This document shows positions 24,517 through 38,232 of a stretch of 64,000 nt of DNA, piece by piece. Within the stretch, counting starts at the first letter, position 1; every line of letters starts with the position of its first letter. The translations under genes were made by a program, and so were the position numbers. The stretch is from Eledone cirrhosa (lineage: Eukaryota). Under the pieces are notes generated by a model, which was not told where the DNA came from, made no database searches, and saw nothing but the letters and a program-made list of their open reading frames with translations. Where the stretch lies: assembly GCA_964016885.1 (NCBI GenBank), contig OZ024761.1:29016001-29080000 (forward strand). The letters are read 5' to 3'.

Positions 24517-25883
24517 CATACATATATACACATACATGCATACGTATATATATATATATATATATATTCCTGTTACACTTGAATCATCTGCTGCTGTGCA
24601 CCACACAACACCACATATCACCAACAACACTACACCACTCATCACCATCCCCAATTCCACACCACCTAACACCTTTCACCACCCCAATACTCCACCAACA
24701 CCAGACAACACCATCACCAATGCCACCACACCACACCACACACCACCAACACCACACACCTTCACACACCACCAACACAACACACCTTCACACAACACAC
24801 CTTCACCACACCACACACCACCAACACCACACACCACCACACACCACCACACACCACCAACACCACACACCTTCACACAACACACCTTCACCACAGCACA
24901 CACCACCACACACCACACACCTTCACACACCACACACCACCACACACCACCAACACCACACACCACCACACACCACCACACACCACCACACACCACCACA
25001 CACCACCACACACCACCAGCAGCACCTCCCAGCTTCTTGCTTTATATTAATATTCCAAAGACCTCCACCAATCTGTAAAGCAGTCGCCAGTTGGTGGCAA
25101 ACAAAGTTGTTTAATTGATAGGGAGAGAGAGGAGAGGTGGCGGGATGAAGGAGGGGGATGAGTGGAGAGAGAGGAAGGTGGCAGAGAAGGGCGAGAGAGA
25201 GGGGGATGAGGTGGTGGGATGGATGAGGGGGTGAGTGGAGAGAGGGGAAGGTGGGAGAGAGATGGGTTGTGAGGTGGTGGGAAGGAGGAGGGGGATGAGT
25301 GGAGAGAGAGGAAGGTGGAAGAGAGGGGGTGAGAGGGATGGGGGGTCAGTGGAGAGAGGGGAAGGTGGGAGCGAAGGTGGGAGAGAGAGAGAGAGAGGGG
25401 TTGTCAGGTGGTGGCAAGGAGGAGAGGGGTGAGTGGGAAGGAGGAGGGGAATGAGTGGAGTGAGAGGAAGGTGGGAAAGAGAGAGGGGTTGTGGGGTGGT
25501 GGAAGGGGGAGTGTGGTGGGTAGAGAGAGGAAGGTGAGGTGAGAGATGAGAGGATGATGATGATGGCTAAGACGATGACAATGATGATGGTTAAGATGAT
25601 GATGATGATGGTAGTGATGTTGAAGATGATGACGATGATGATGGTTAATATGATGATGATGATGATTATGATGATGGTGATGACAGTGATGGTAGTGATG
25701 TTGAAGATGATGACGATGATGATGGTTAATATGATGATGATGATGGTGATGACAGTGATGGTAGTGATGTTGAAGATGATGACGATGATGATGGTTAATA
25801 TGATGATGATGATGATGATGATGATGATTATGATGGTGATGGTGATGACAGTGATGGTAATGATGACGATGATGATGGTTAAT

Positions 25884-25914
<31 letters not shown>

Positions 25915-26231
25915 CAATGATGATGGTTAAGACAATGACAACAATGATAATTAAAACGATGACAACGATGAAGATGATGATGGCTAAGACAATGGTGATG
26001 GTGAAGCTGTTGCTACACATCAATTAATAGATAAGTCCAACACGCTACCCTAGTCAGAACAAATTGCTCATTAGTTACCAACACACAAACTTAATATGCA
26101 CACATAAAAATTCCAAGCACAAAGACACGCAAACACACACACACACACACGCACACACACACACACGGAAACGCACACACATAAACATCAACACAAACAC
26201 AGATATACATGTATCCTCTATATATTGTGTG

Positions 26232-26280
<49 letters not shown>

Positions 26281-26309
26281 GTATATATATATGTATATAT
26301 ATATATATG

Positions 26310-26341
<32 letters not shown>

Positions 26342-26455
26342 GATATATATATAGATATATATATATACATATATATATACACACATATATATATATATAT
26401 ATACATAAACATATATATCTACATATATATATACATATATATACATATACACATA

Positions 26456-26493
<38 letters not shown>

Positions 26494-26504
26494 CGTATAT
26501 ATAC

Positions 26505-26537
<33 letters not shown>

Positions 26538-26598
26538 CAATCACATATATATATATATATATACATACATACACACACACACATATATATATATACAT

Positions 26599-26631
<33 letters not shown>

Positions 26632-26707
26632 AATATATATATATATGTATATATAAATATATATATATATATAAATATATATATATGTATATATATATAT
26701 AAATATA

Positions 26708-26770
<63 letters not shown>

Positions 26771-26940
26771 TTATATATATATATACATACACACACACAC
26801 ACATATATATATATACACAAATTTACACCAACAAACCCACACAGTTAGCTCCATGTTATATTCATGGCAGTAGCAGAAATATTTATATTTCTCCGAAACT
26901 AATCAAAGTGGAGAGCCAGTAATTAAAAACAAGATTGGCG

Positions 26941-27390
26941 CACTTATGTACTGGATAGGGTGGACATATAGTGACATGCACATAGACACACACTGACACA
27001 TTCACACTGACACATACACACTGACACATACACACTGACACTGACACATACACACTTATGTAGTGAATAGGGTGGACATATAGTGACATGCACATAGACA
27101 CACACTGACACATACACACTGACACATACACACTGACACATACACATTTATGTAGTGAATAGGGTGGACATATAGTGACATGCACATAGACACACATACA
27201 CATACACACTGACACATACACATACACACTGACACTGACACATACACACTTATGTACTGGATAGGGTGGACATATAGTGACATGCACATAGACACACATA
27301 CACATACACACTGACACATACACATACACACTGACACTGACACATACACACTTATGTAGTGAATAGGGTGGACATATAGTGACATGCACA
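26941..27390. repeat. About 5 tandem units of a ~45-bp core with variable (CACTGA/CA) linkers
   Basis: CTTATGTA..G.ATAGGGTGGACATATAGTGACATGCACA recurs every ~90-113 bp. Confidence 0.85.
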
Positions 27391-27657
27391 GACACACATA
27401 CACACTGACACATACACACTGACAGACACATACACACTGACACTGACACATACACACTGACAGACACATACACACTGACACTGACTGACACATACACACT
27501 GACAGACACATACACACACTGACACTGACTGACACATACACACTGACTGACACATACACACACTGACACTGACTGACACATACAGAGACACATACAGAGA
27601 TATATACACACACTGACACTGACAGACACATACAGAGACACATACACACAGACACAT

Positions 27658-27692
<35 letters not shown>

Positions 27693-28403
27693 TACACAGG
27701 GTCACACACAGACACACACAGAGATACACACTGACACTGACTGACACATACACACTGACACTGACAGACACATACACACTGACACTGACAGACACATACA
27801 GAGACACATACACACACAGACACTGATAGACACATACAGAGACACATACAGAGACACATACACACACTGACACTCATAGACACATACAGAGACACATACA
27901 GAGACACATACACACACAGACACATCCACACACACACACACACACAGACACATCCACACACACACAGATACACAGGGTCACACACAGAGATACACACACA
28001 GATACATAGGGTCACACACAGACACACACAGATACACAGCTACACACACACAGACACACGGGGTCACACACAGACACACACAGAGATACACAGACACACA
28101 CACATACACACACTCTCACTGGACCTCCATCAGCTCCAAAAATAAGTGTTACAGTTTTTTGTACAACAGAACAGCCTGCTCATGAAATTGTTATACAAGT
28201 GTCTGGGCATTCTACAGACACATGTACCCATAACATAGTTCTCAGGGAGATTCAGTGAGGGAGCAAGAGAGACAAAGAAGAGATAGAGATAGAAATGATA
28301 AACACAGAGAGGGGGGGGGTGAGAGAAAGAGAGAGAGAGGGGTGAGAAAGAGAGAAGGAGAGAGATAGAGGTAAAAATGATAAACAAAGAGAGAGAGGGG
28401 GAG

Positions 28404-28437
<34 letters not shown>

Positions 28438-28539
28438 GATGAGAGAAAGAGATAAGAATAAGTTTGGAGAAGAATAAAAAGGGAATGTATTTTGTGCGTG
28501 CGCATCTATGCATGTGTATATATATATATATATACACTC

Positions 28540-28583
<44 letters not shown>

Positions 28584-28585
28584 TC

Positions 28586-28639
<54 letters not shown>

Positions 28640-28904
28640 TCATGTATATATATATATATATATATACACTCATGTATATATGCATGTTGATTAATATGTA
28701 CATATATCTAACATCATTACCATAGATCTTGTTATTGTTAATGTTATTTTTGTAATTAAATGTCAGAATTGGTAGATGGCCAAGCAAGAATGTCTCCAGG
28801 TATTCTAATTAACCCCCATCTCCCACCATTTATACCTTGAGATCAAATCACATCCGAGTTACTCATTACATTTTATCCCTCCCATGGGACAATTAAATAG
28901 CACT

Positions 28905-29200
28905 TTCTTCTGCTTCTTCGTCTTCTTCTTCTTCTTCTCCCACTTATTCCTGAGAGGGTTGTGGGAGCTGTGTCCTCAAACTCTCCTTCTGACAGTGGTC
29001 CCTGTCAGAAGCAACCATCTCCAACTGATCCAGCTGGATCCCCAAGTAAAACTAGCCGAGTACATGGATGCTATACAACCATCTTGCTTGGGGGTCTACC
29101 TCTGGGTTTCCTGCCAGTTGGTTTTGCCCGTAAAATATGTCCAGCCAAGCAGTAAAATATTGAGACTGATAGCATTCTCTATAATTTCTAACATCAAAAG
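28905..29200 (-). mobile_element. RTE-clade LINE 3' end with (GAA)n tail
   Basis: Homologous to 7550-7860; (TTC)n at 28905-28937 on plus. Confidence 0.55.
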
Positions 29201-29222
29201 TATTTCTACCTTCCATGAATAT

Positions 29223-29832
29223 ATGAGGCTCGGCGTCCAGATCTGCCAGCCACACCAATGTCGCTAAAGTTCCACCGTGGACTCTTTCGGCCTCCACCCG
29301 CTTTCCTGTCACCACAGTGCCGGCCGCATTCCACGCCATACTGGCCCTCAACGAGGTCATTAAGCATGGCTTGGACGCTGCAGGCTTCCCTTCCCAGCTC
29401 GAGCCAGTGAGGCTGGATCGAGGGGACGGCAAAAGGCCAGATGGCATGACCATCTTCCCGTTCCGCGGTGGCAAACCCCTCGCCTGGGATGCCACTTGCA
29501 CCGACACTTTCTGCAGCCGCAACCTGGTGCAGTCTACGACTGACCCTAGTTCTGCTGCACGTCGGGCTGAGGGGGCCAAACTCCTCAAATACCGGTCGCT
29601 CTCCAACAGGTTTGTGGTCGTTCCCCTGGCAGTGGAAACTTCTGGTGTCCTCGGCCCCAGGGCTACCTCCTTACTCACCAGCATAGGCGCTGAGCTGGCC
29701 AGCCGCAGGTGTGAGCCCCACGAGTTGGAGTGGCTTTTCCAGTGCGTCTCCCTTGCCATCCTCCGGGGAAACGCCTTCTCCATTCTGTCCGCCGGGGCTG
29801 TGGGTGGGCCCCATCGCGTACCAATACATTAG
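29223..29832 (+). pseudogene. CRE-clade non-LTR retrotransposon 3' end: zinc knuckle remnant plus restriction-like endonuclease domain
   Basis: LGVQICQPHQCR*..GLHPLSC..SAG / ALNEVIK..LEP...DGKRPDG.T..PF..GKPLAWDATCTDT..AARRAE..KLLKY..FVVVPLAVETSG.LG...LFQCVSLAILRGNA. Confidence 0.75.
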
Positions 29833-29959
29833 TTAAACACCATTCTTTCATCGTTACAACTTATATCCACATTAGAAATAAACTGAGTAACAATCTATTT
29901 CTAAGCTAGTATTCTTTAATTTAAGGTGGAAAATTGGTAGTTATTAGAACAACAGATAG

Positions 29960-30270
29960 AATCATCATCATCATCATTATCATCATCCTTTGATGTCCAT
30001 TTCTTCCATGCTAGCATGGGTTAGACAAGTTGTCCCAATGTGAAACAAGTCAGATTAGATAACTTTGTTTTGCTCATACAGAACTTTTTGTGGCTTGGTT
30101 TATATGGCTTGATGCCCTTCCTAATGTCAACCAGATTTACAGTGTGGACTGGGTGCTTTTTATCATGGACTGCTTTACAGAGTGGGATGGGCAATTGTTA
30201 TCGTGTCACCAAAATGTCCACTTTACAGTGTGGGCTGGGCACTTTTTGTCATGCCACCAACACAACCACT
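29960..30270 (-). mobile_element. S2/LINE-type 3' tail fragment
   Basis: (CAT)n then TTCCATGCTAGCATGGGTTAGAC...GATGCCCTTCCTAA. Confidence 0.65.
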
Positions 30271-30277
30271 TTACAGT

Positions 30278-30453
30278 GGAAGGGAAAGTCAATTAAATCG
30301 ACCCCAGTGAATTATTGGTATTGCATTTTGTAGACTTCATAAGAATAAGGATGAAAGGCAAAGCTAACCTTGGCGGGATTTGAACTCAGACCATAGAGGC
30401 CGTAACTCTATGCTGCAAAGCATGTTGTCCAACACTACCAATACTGCCAATCC
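30278..30453 (-). mobile_element. S1 SINE
   Basis: GGATGAAAGGCAAAGCTAACCTTGGCGGGATTTGAACTCAG...CTGCCAATCC. Confidence 0.85.
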
Positions 30454-30605
30454 AGTGCCCTTTACTATTGTAATAATACTGCATGTATTACTGAGTTTAA
30501 AATAGATACACAGAGGCAGTGGAAGGATTTCTGAACTGGCGGGGCCCAAAAGTTAGTCAATTTAATTGTAGTGATTAGTTTAGATCTTATCAAATACCAA
30601 ACAAG

Positions 30606-30826
30606 GGTGGTGGATTGGCAGAATCGGTAGAGCGTCAGACATCATGCTTTCCAACATAGAGTTCCGGCCCTTCGTATTCTGAGTTCAAATCCTGCCGAGG
30701 TTAGCTTTGCCGTTCATTATTCCGGGGTTGATAAAATAAAGTACCAGTAATGAACTGGGGGTCGATTTAATCAATTTTTTTCCCCTCCCCCAAATTAGTG
30801 GCCTTGTGCCTGTACTAGACATCATT
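30606..30826 (+). mobile_element. S1 SINE, full length
   Basis: GGTGGATTGGCAGAATCGGTAGAG...GAGTTCAAATCC...AAGTACCAG...GGCCTTGTGCC. Confidence 0.85.
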
Positions 30827-31808
30827 GTCAAATATCAAACAAAATAAACATAACATGTACATAAATTCTAGCGTACATCAAATAGGTGTATGTTTTGGTA
30901 GTTTGGGGAGAAAAATATAATTATTGGGGTACATCATATCCCTGTTTATTATGAGAAGCAACTGAAAGACTTATTGTCAGGAAAGCATCCAATCCAGCTG
31001 TATTAACTCTGCCTCAAAAAGTCCCATCCAACCCATGCCAGCATCGAGGAATCAACATAAATACAATGACTTTTCTGGCTATGGTTTGAAACACAAACAC
31101 TGAATTTGTAACTTTTTATTTTTCTTTTTCACCTGTTCTATTACAATGATCTGGGGGCCATGCTGGAGTACTACCATTACTTTTGCTTCTGTTATTGCTA
31201 TTTTTTGTGAAGTTTTTGTTTGTGTATTTAAAAATGTTTTTTAAATTTTTTATATAGTAATGGCAACTCAGCAAGGCCAAGCAAGTGGTGTCATTAACAA
31301 GAAATTCATTGACAACGATCTCAGCATCTAATCAGAACAGGTTGAGGACTGTGCTAAAAGCAACTAATTCAATTATACATGCTCCCTGGCCTTGCTGGTC
31401 TATTCAATCATTGGTGATGAATTTAGTCGGAGGGAAGCCAGACATCAGCATTGTTTTCTCATGAATATTTAAACAACACAGTTTAACCTCCCGCACATTT
31501 TATCACTGATAGTTCCGGTGATGGCTCGTCTTCTATAGCAGCTTCCAGGTGAGGTGAGGTGAGGTGAGGAAAGGGAGAGGTTGGGGTGTGAGAGGAAAGA
31601 TTGGGGCTTTCGAGGATTTGGGGGGGGAGGGCAGGGATTGGGTGGATGGAGGTGATCTCTATGAAAAGGAGTGGATACTGAAGAGCAGGATTGAAACACA
31701 CAGACACACAGCATGCCGTGGCTAACTGGAGCTAATTGGTTGCAGCTAAGACAAAAAAAACATACATATATATATATAGATGTATATATATATATATATA
31801 TGTGTGTA

Positions 31809-31847
<39 letters not shown>

Positions 31848-31868
31848 ATACATATATATATATGTGTA

Positions 31869-31913
<45 letters not shown>

Positions 31914-31914
31914 A

Positions 31915-31953
<39 letters not shown>

Positions 31954-32103
31954 ATATATGTATATATATATATATATGTGTGTGTGTATATATGTATATG
32001 TATATATATATATACATATACATATATATACACACACACACATATATATATACATATATATATATACATGTATATATATAGTTATTATTATTTATATATA
32101 TAT

Positions 32104-32158
<55 letters not shown>

Positions 32159-32761
32159 TATATAGTTATATATACTTATACACAAACACATACATACATA
32201 TATATATATAGACAATGTCTAGATACTTATGTCCATACACAAAGGAACACCTACACAACAAACAAACACACACACTATATATATATATATATATACACAC
32301 ACATATATATATATATGGTGGGAGTAGTCAAACAAATTGCTTGTATGTATTATTAAAAGCATGATAGATCATCATCATCATCAGCAATAATAAGGTTGCT
32401 TGTATCCCCCTCCCCCACACTCCTACTACCCCCTTGCCAATGAATACATTAGTAAATGCTACATCTCTTTCAAATTCATCTCACTTCCTTTGGACACCAC
32501 AACAACAACAACACCAATGACAATGGCCGCATACATACATACATGCACACACACACACAAATACATACACATATACATGCACCACACACACACACATATA
32601 AGTACACATGTACATATATATACATATATTCATATATACACACACAAACATACATATAAACATGCATACATACATACATAAATACACACATGGATGGATA
32701 GATAGAAAGATAAATAGAAAGGTAGGTATATAGATAGATAGATAGATAGAAAGATAGGTAT

Positions 32762-32803
<42 letters not shown>

Positions 32804-32966
32804 TGGAAGATAGACAGAGAGTTATATAAATAGATATCTTTTAATAGATAGGTAGGTAGTTAGATAGGTATATAGATAGATTGATATAAATAGAGATATA
32901 AATAGATAGATAGACAGACAGTCAGTCAGCCAGACAGATACAGAATGTCAGCTAATTTAGATAAAT

Positions 32967-33013
<47 letters not shown>

Positions 33014-33022
33014 CATGTATAT

Positions 33023-33079
<57 letters not shown>

Positions 33080-33164
33080 TATATACATGTAGATATATAG
33101 ATATATAAAAAAAGAAAATTTAACTCTACATGGCTGAATACATATATATAGATAAATACACATT

Positions 33165-33195
<31 letters not shown>

Positions 33196-33230
33196 ATATA
33201 CATGTATATATATATACATATATATATATA

Positions 33231-33631
33231 GTGAAGGCACATGGCTTAGTGGTTAGAGCATTGGCCTTGCAATCAAAAGGTTGTGAGTTCAATTCTCAGA
33301 CCAGGCGATGTGTTGTTTCCTTGAGCAAGACACTTTATTTCACATTGCTCCAGTTTACTCAGCTGTAGAAATGAGATGATAGGGACTGGGGTCCCTATCA
33401 TTCCACTGCAAAGTGGTCGTGGAGGTGCCACGGCAAAAAAGCACCCAGCACTCACTGTAAATGAGGTTGGTGTTAGGAAGGGCATCCAGCTCTAGAAATC
33501 AAGCCAGAATCAGTTCCTGTATGAGCAAGACAAGGTCAGTCGACCGGACACTGCCCGCAACAGGACAACCTGTCTAACCCATGCTGGCATGGAATAACGG
33601 ACGTAAAATGGTGATGACGATGATGATGATG

Positions 33632-33632
<1 letters not shown>
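33231..33632 (+). mobile_element. S2 CORE-type SINE, full length
   Basis: Near-identical to 6813-7149 with a complete tail and (TGA)n. Confidence 0.85.
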
Positions 33633-33662
<30 letters not shown>

Positions 33663-34166
33663 AGTATATAGATAGGTTGAAATATTTATAGACAGACAGC
33701 CAGCTAGTCAGACAGACAGATAGAGAATGTCAGCTGATTCAGATTGTGTTAATTAATTTGTTAATAAGAAATGATTGCTAGAGTTAATGTAAAACAGTAT
33801 CTACAGTGATATATCCCGGAGAGAAAACATCTCGGACAAATAACTAAGAATTTACAAATTTCTGAAAAGTGCCAAGGTAATTTTCCTCATCCATTAACTG
33901 ACAAATTTCCACCACTTAACTATTTATCCTGGCCATTGATCTTCACAACCACCACCACCCCCATCATACCCACCACCACCAGACAAATTATATAGTTAAT
34001 TCCATCATCTGAGTGTAAACTTCTTACTCTCTACTTCACCCCTTACTAAGTAAACTTGGTGTCTAGTCCCTCTTCAAGCTATTCCAGTATTTTGGTGTTG
34101 CAGCCTACTTCTACCATTTTTCAAGTCTTTCTAAGACTATCTCTTAGTTGTCCAGCCTCCATCCAT

Positions 34167-34382
34167 GGTGGATTGGTAGTATCAATAGAGGGTCGGACGC
34201 CATGCTTTGCAGTATAGAGTTACGGCCCTTTATGATCTGAGTTCAAATCCCACCAAAGTTAACTTTGCCTTTCATCATTACTGGGTCGATAAAATAAAGT
34301 ACCAGTCACGCACTGGGGTCGATTTAGTCGACTTTCCCCTCCCCCAAAATTACTGGCCTTGTGCCTATATAAGAAACCATTA
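34167..34382 (+). mobile_element. S1 SINE, full length
   Basis: Same head/body/tail as 30606-30826. Confidence 0.85.
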
Positions 34383-34621
34383 TTTCCCCCACAATGTCAC
34401 TTCCGTCTATGCTAAAACTATCCAGCACCAAATACAGATCTGATCCATATCCTTCAGCAAGTTATCCCATAAAAATTCCAAACCTTCCTCTACATTATAA
34501 GTTTCTTTTTCCTCCCCACTTTTGTAATAGGGATTAAGTAGGTCCCCTCAGAATCTGCCACCAGCTGAGGTTCCTTTTTGCTTCCATATCTTATTTCTCC
34601 AGATTCTCTTTTGTCTCTGAG

Positions 34622-34868
34622 TCCATCTAGTTCTTACTCTAAAGTCACTGATTGCTAAGGTATTCCATCTAGATCTTACTCTAAAGTCATGGATTGTTAA
34701 GGTATTCCATCTAGTTCTTACTCTAAAGTCACTGATTGTTAAGGTATTCCACCTAGTTCTTACTCTAAAGTCACTGATTGCTAGGGTATTCCATCTAGTT
34801 CTTACTCTAAAGTCATGGATTGCTATGGTATTCCATCCTGTTCTTACTGTAAAATCACTGATTGCTAA
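34622..34868. repeat. 42-bp minisatellite, about 6 copies
   Basis: GGTATTCCATCTAGTTCTTACTCTAAAGTCACTGATTGCTAA at 34659, 34701, 34743, 34785, 34827. Confidence 0.9.
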
Positions 34869-36974
34869 TGAATATAGGGTTATATATTATTTACTATAGA
34901 AAAGGTTATTACATATAATAATTTGTCTCTCTCATTTCCAAGTGAGAATCAAATCAGAGAATAAATAATTCCTCTCACCCTCTATCTCTCTCTCTCTATA
35001 TATATATAAATAAATATATATGTATGTATATATATGTATATATATATATATATAAATCAATATACATACATCATCATTATCATTTAACGTCTGTTGTCTC
35101 TTCTTCCTTGCATACATATATATAAACAATAAAAATACATGCACACGTATATATATGCATATAACTTTATAAATACATATATATATATTTTATATACATA
35201 TATATATATACACATAACTTTATACATACATACACATATATATATTTTATATACATATATATATATACACATAACTTTATACATACATACATATATATAT
35301 ATTTTATATATATACACATAACTTTATACATACATACATATATATATATTTTATATACATATATATATATATACATATATACATATATATATATACATAT
35401 ATATATATATACATATATATATATATGCTTACACATTCATATATATATATATACACATATATATATACATATATATACTTACATATAGATATATACATAC
35501 AAATATATATGCGTGATTATGTGAGTACATACACACACATCCGTATATACATCTACACATACATACATACATTTTCTTTCCAAAGTAGCCGTCTTAAGAA
35601 CTCAGCTAATATCTCAACTGTTCCATGTTTGATCCACCGACTGTAACCATGTCTTTAGACAGAAATAGAATTTACAATATGGACAATATTAAGAAAGGAA
35701 GTTCAAAAGAATGTTTTAATGTTGTAGATCTTCAATATAGAAAAGCTATGGTGTTCTAGTTTCATCTGGTTTTGACTGGTTTCATCTGGTTCTGTTTGGT
35801 TTGAGTTGGTTTGGTCTTGTCTGGTTTGATTTTGTTTGGTTAGGAAGTACCATGGACTATTTGATATGTGTGTATATATGTATAAGAATGTATATACATA
35901 TATATATGTGTGTGTGTCTGTATGAGAAAACATATATATATATATATAAACTATCTAAACTATAAAGATTTATATATATAATGAAATTATTTAGTTGATA
36001 TCTAATCAACTGACTTATGTATATAACAAATATGAAGCACTCAACTGAAGATATTTATCTGGAGTATTATGATAATAATAGTTATAAACAAAAGATATAT
36101 ACTTTATAGCATCACTATTTATTTCATTATATATAATTTGAGGATGCAAAAATTTATGTTTAACATAAATCAGGGCATACTCTCATCCGACTAAATAGAT
36201 ATGAGATGTATAATTTTTTCATGATATACCAGCACCAACGATCTTATTAGTAATAAATAGTAATAAATGAAAGATATATACTTTATATCATCTCTATTTA
36301 TTTCATTATATATATTTCGAAGATGTAAATTTTTATGTATGACATAAAGCAAAGCATGTCCTCTTCCGAGAAAATACAAATGAGATATATAATTTGTTCA
36401 TGATATGCTGGTAGACAAATGAGCTGGACAGATCGGTGACCACCAAGCATATGACTAGAAAAAACTCAACACATAGGAGGTTTACGTGACTAGGAGAATA
36501 CATTACAGTTGGTTTAAACGTTTGATAAATTATTTAAAATATAGTGTAATTAGATTGGTCAAAAAACAAAACAAAACTAAAATTGACTGTTATATATTTA
36601 GATACATATATATATATATAAAAGAAAAGACATATATCAGAAGAGTAGAAGAGAAAGAATTATAATATAATATATTAGATACCAATAGCCAAAGGGAAGT
36701 GTAATGTTAAATATTATAGTAAGGTTAATATTTAATGAGAGTTAAGTGCAGAAGGTAAGCAGAGCAGGTATCAGCAAAAATAAATGGAGGAGAAGGCAAT
36801 ACATTTAAAAACAAGATTTACTCCTTACACAGTGTTTCATCTGAAGTACAATTACAATATAACAGGTATATGTGCACATGCATATATATTATTATAAAGA
36901 TTAAACTTTGAGCTGATCAATCGCGAAACGTGTGTCACACCTCAATAAATGAAAATTTGACAAATCGTCCATTT

Positions 36975-37041
<67 letters not shown>

Positions 37042-37045
<4 letters not shown>

Positions 37046-37630
37046 CGAGGTTTTTTATATGAAATCGTGTGTCGAAACAAATATTGTTATACTTGGGGAG
37101 GGTCATATTTGTGTAATATTGCCAGAATTAATAACAGAACACACTCACTGTTTGGTTGGTTTTCGCTTCTCGCTGTCTTTTATATCTGCGATCTAACTTA
37201 CTCGGTCCTCAATGTTGCCATTGACTGACCGACGGTCAAAAATAATACAGATACAATATAGACACAAACACATATATATAGTTTACATAATTTACATAAA
37301 TCTTTTGTTGCACATCTGCAACATCGTCAGTGGTGTTATATTTTTTCCTCCTGTTGTGTTGTATGTCAAATATAACACCACTGACGATGTTGCAGCTGTG
37401 CAACGAAAGATTTATGTAAATTATGTAAACTATATATATGTGTTTGTGTCTATATTGTATCTGTATTATTTTTGACCGTCGGTCAGTCAATGGCAACATT
37501 GAGGACCGAGTAAGTTAGATCGCAGATATAAAAGACAGCGAGAAGCGAAAACCAACCAAACAGTGAGTGTGTTCTGTTATTAATTCTGGCAATATTACAC
37601 AAATATGACCCTCCCCAAGTATAACAATAT
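37042..37630. mobile_element. Family C-related fold-back hammerhead element
   Basis: 263-bp arms 37081-37343 and 37368-37630 (2 mismatches seen), 24-nt loop, (TA)n flanks. Confidence 0.85.
37378..37417 (+). ncRNA. Type-I minimal hammerhead motif (weak stems I and III)
   Basis: CCA CTGACGA T GTTGCA-GCTG-TGCAAC GAAA GATT TA^ TG; mirror copy 37294-37333 has GAAA changed to AAAA. Confidence 0.6.
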
Positions 37631-37840
37631 ATATATATATATATATTCAGGTTTGAGGTTCACCACTGTATAGAGCTGGTCTATTCCGTATGGTCAATCG
37701 TAATGCAATAATATAGAGAGTACTCAACGTAAGGCAGTTCAACCGTCTTTGTTTTTGTAGTTGGTGGTGCTATTACGGAGTTAAATATTATAATGAAATT
37801 ACAGGAGGCTGGATTTGTGTAAATCCTTGAAAGGTTTATT

Positions 37841-37898
37841 ATACTATGATCATTTCAATGACCAGGTTCCGTATGAATCCGGTGATATCATCAGGAAT
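37841..37898 (-). ncRNA. Type-I hammerhead (family D, left arm)
   Basis: Minus: ATTC CTGATGA TATCACCGGATTCATACGGAACCTGGTCATT GAAA TGATCA TA^ GTAT. Confidence 0.7.
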
Positions 37899-38054
37899 TC
37901 GAAATATAATATGTGAATGTAATAGATAAAATCCATGGGGCTGAAAATCGAGGGCGACCGGCTGAGGTTGAAGGAACAGAATAGCGGTCGCCCTCTGGTC
38001 CTCGATTTTCAGCCCCATGGATTTTATCTATTACATTCACGTAATATATTTCGA

Positions 38055-38112
38055 ATACCTGATGATATCACCGGATTCATACGGAACCCGGTCATTGAAA
38101 TGATCATAGTAT
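38055..38112 (+). ncRNA. Type-I hammerhead (family D, right arm)
   Basis: ATAC CTGATGA(38059-65) TATCACCGG..CCGGTCATT GAAA(38097-100) TGATCA TA^ GTAT; palindromic stem III ATGATCAT. Confidence 0.8.
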
Positions 38113-38232
38113 AATAAACCTTTCAAGGATTTACACAAATCCAGCCTCCTGTCATTTCATTATAATATTATATATATATATATATATATGTGTGTGTATA
38201 TATATATATATATGTGTGTGTGTGTATGTGTT

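Larger units (their letters stand above)
37647..38169 (-). mobile_element. Fold-back hammerhead element family D
   Basis: 170-bp arms 37784-37953 and 38000-38169; 46-nt GC-rich loop; unique 3' extension to (TA)n at 37646. Confidence 0.8.

Noticed and set aside
28115-28258. ~45-codon open frame (APKISVTVFCTTEQPAHE...) as an exon
   Set aside because: No recognisable homology or convincing splice sites.
36905-36950. CTGATCA...GCGAAACG..TC followed by AATAAA
   Set aside because: Core and stem I do not fit; possibly a decayed PLE end but unsupported.
37212-37499. Mirror-image 87-aa ORFs on both strands
   Set aside because: A trivial consequence of the inverted repeat; no protein similarity.
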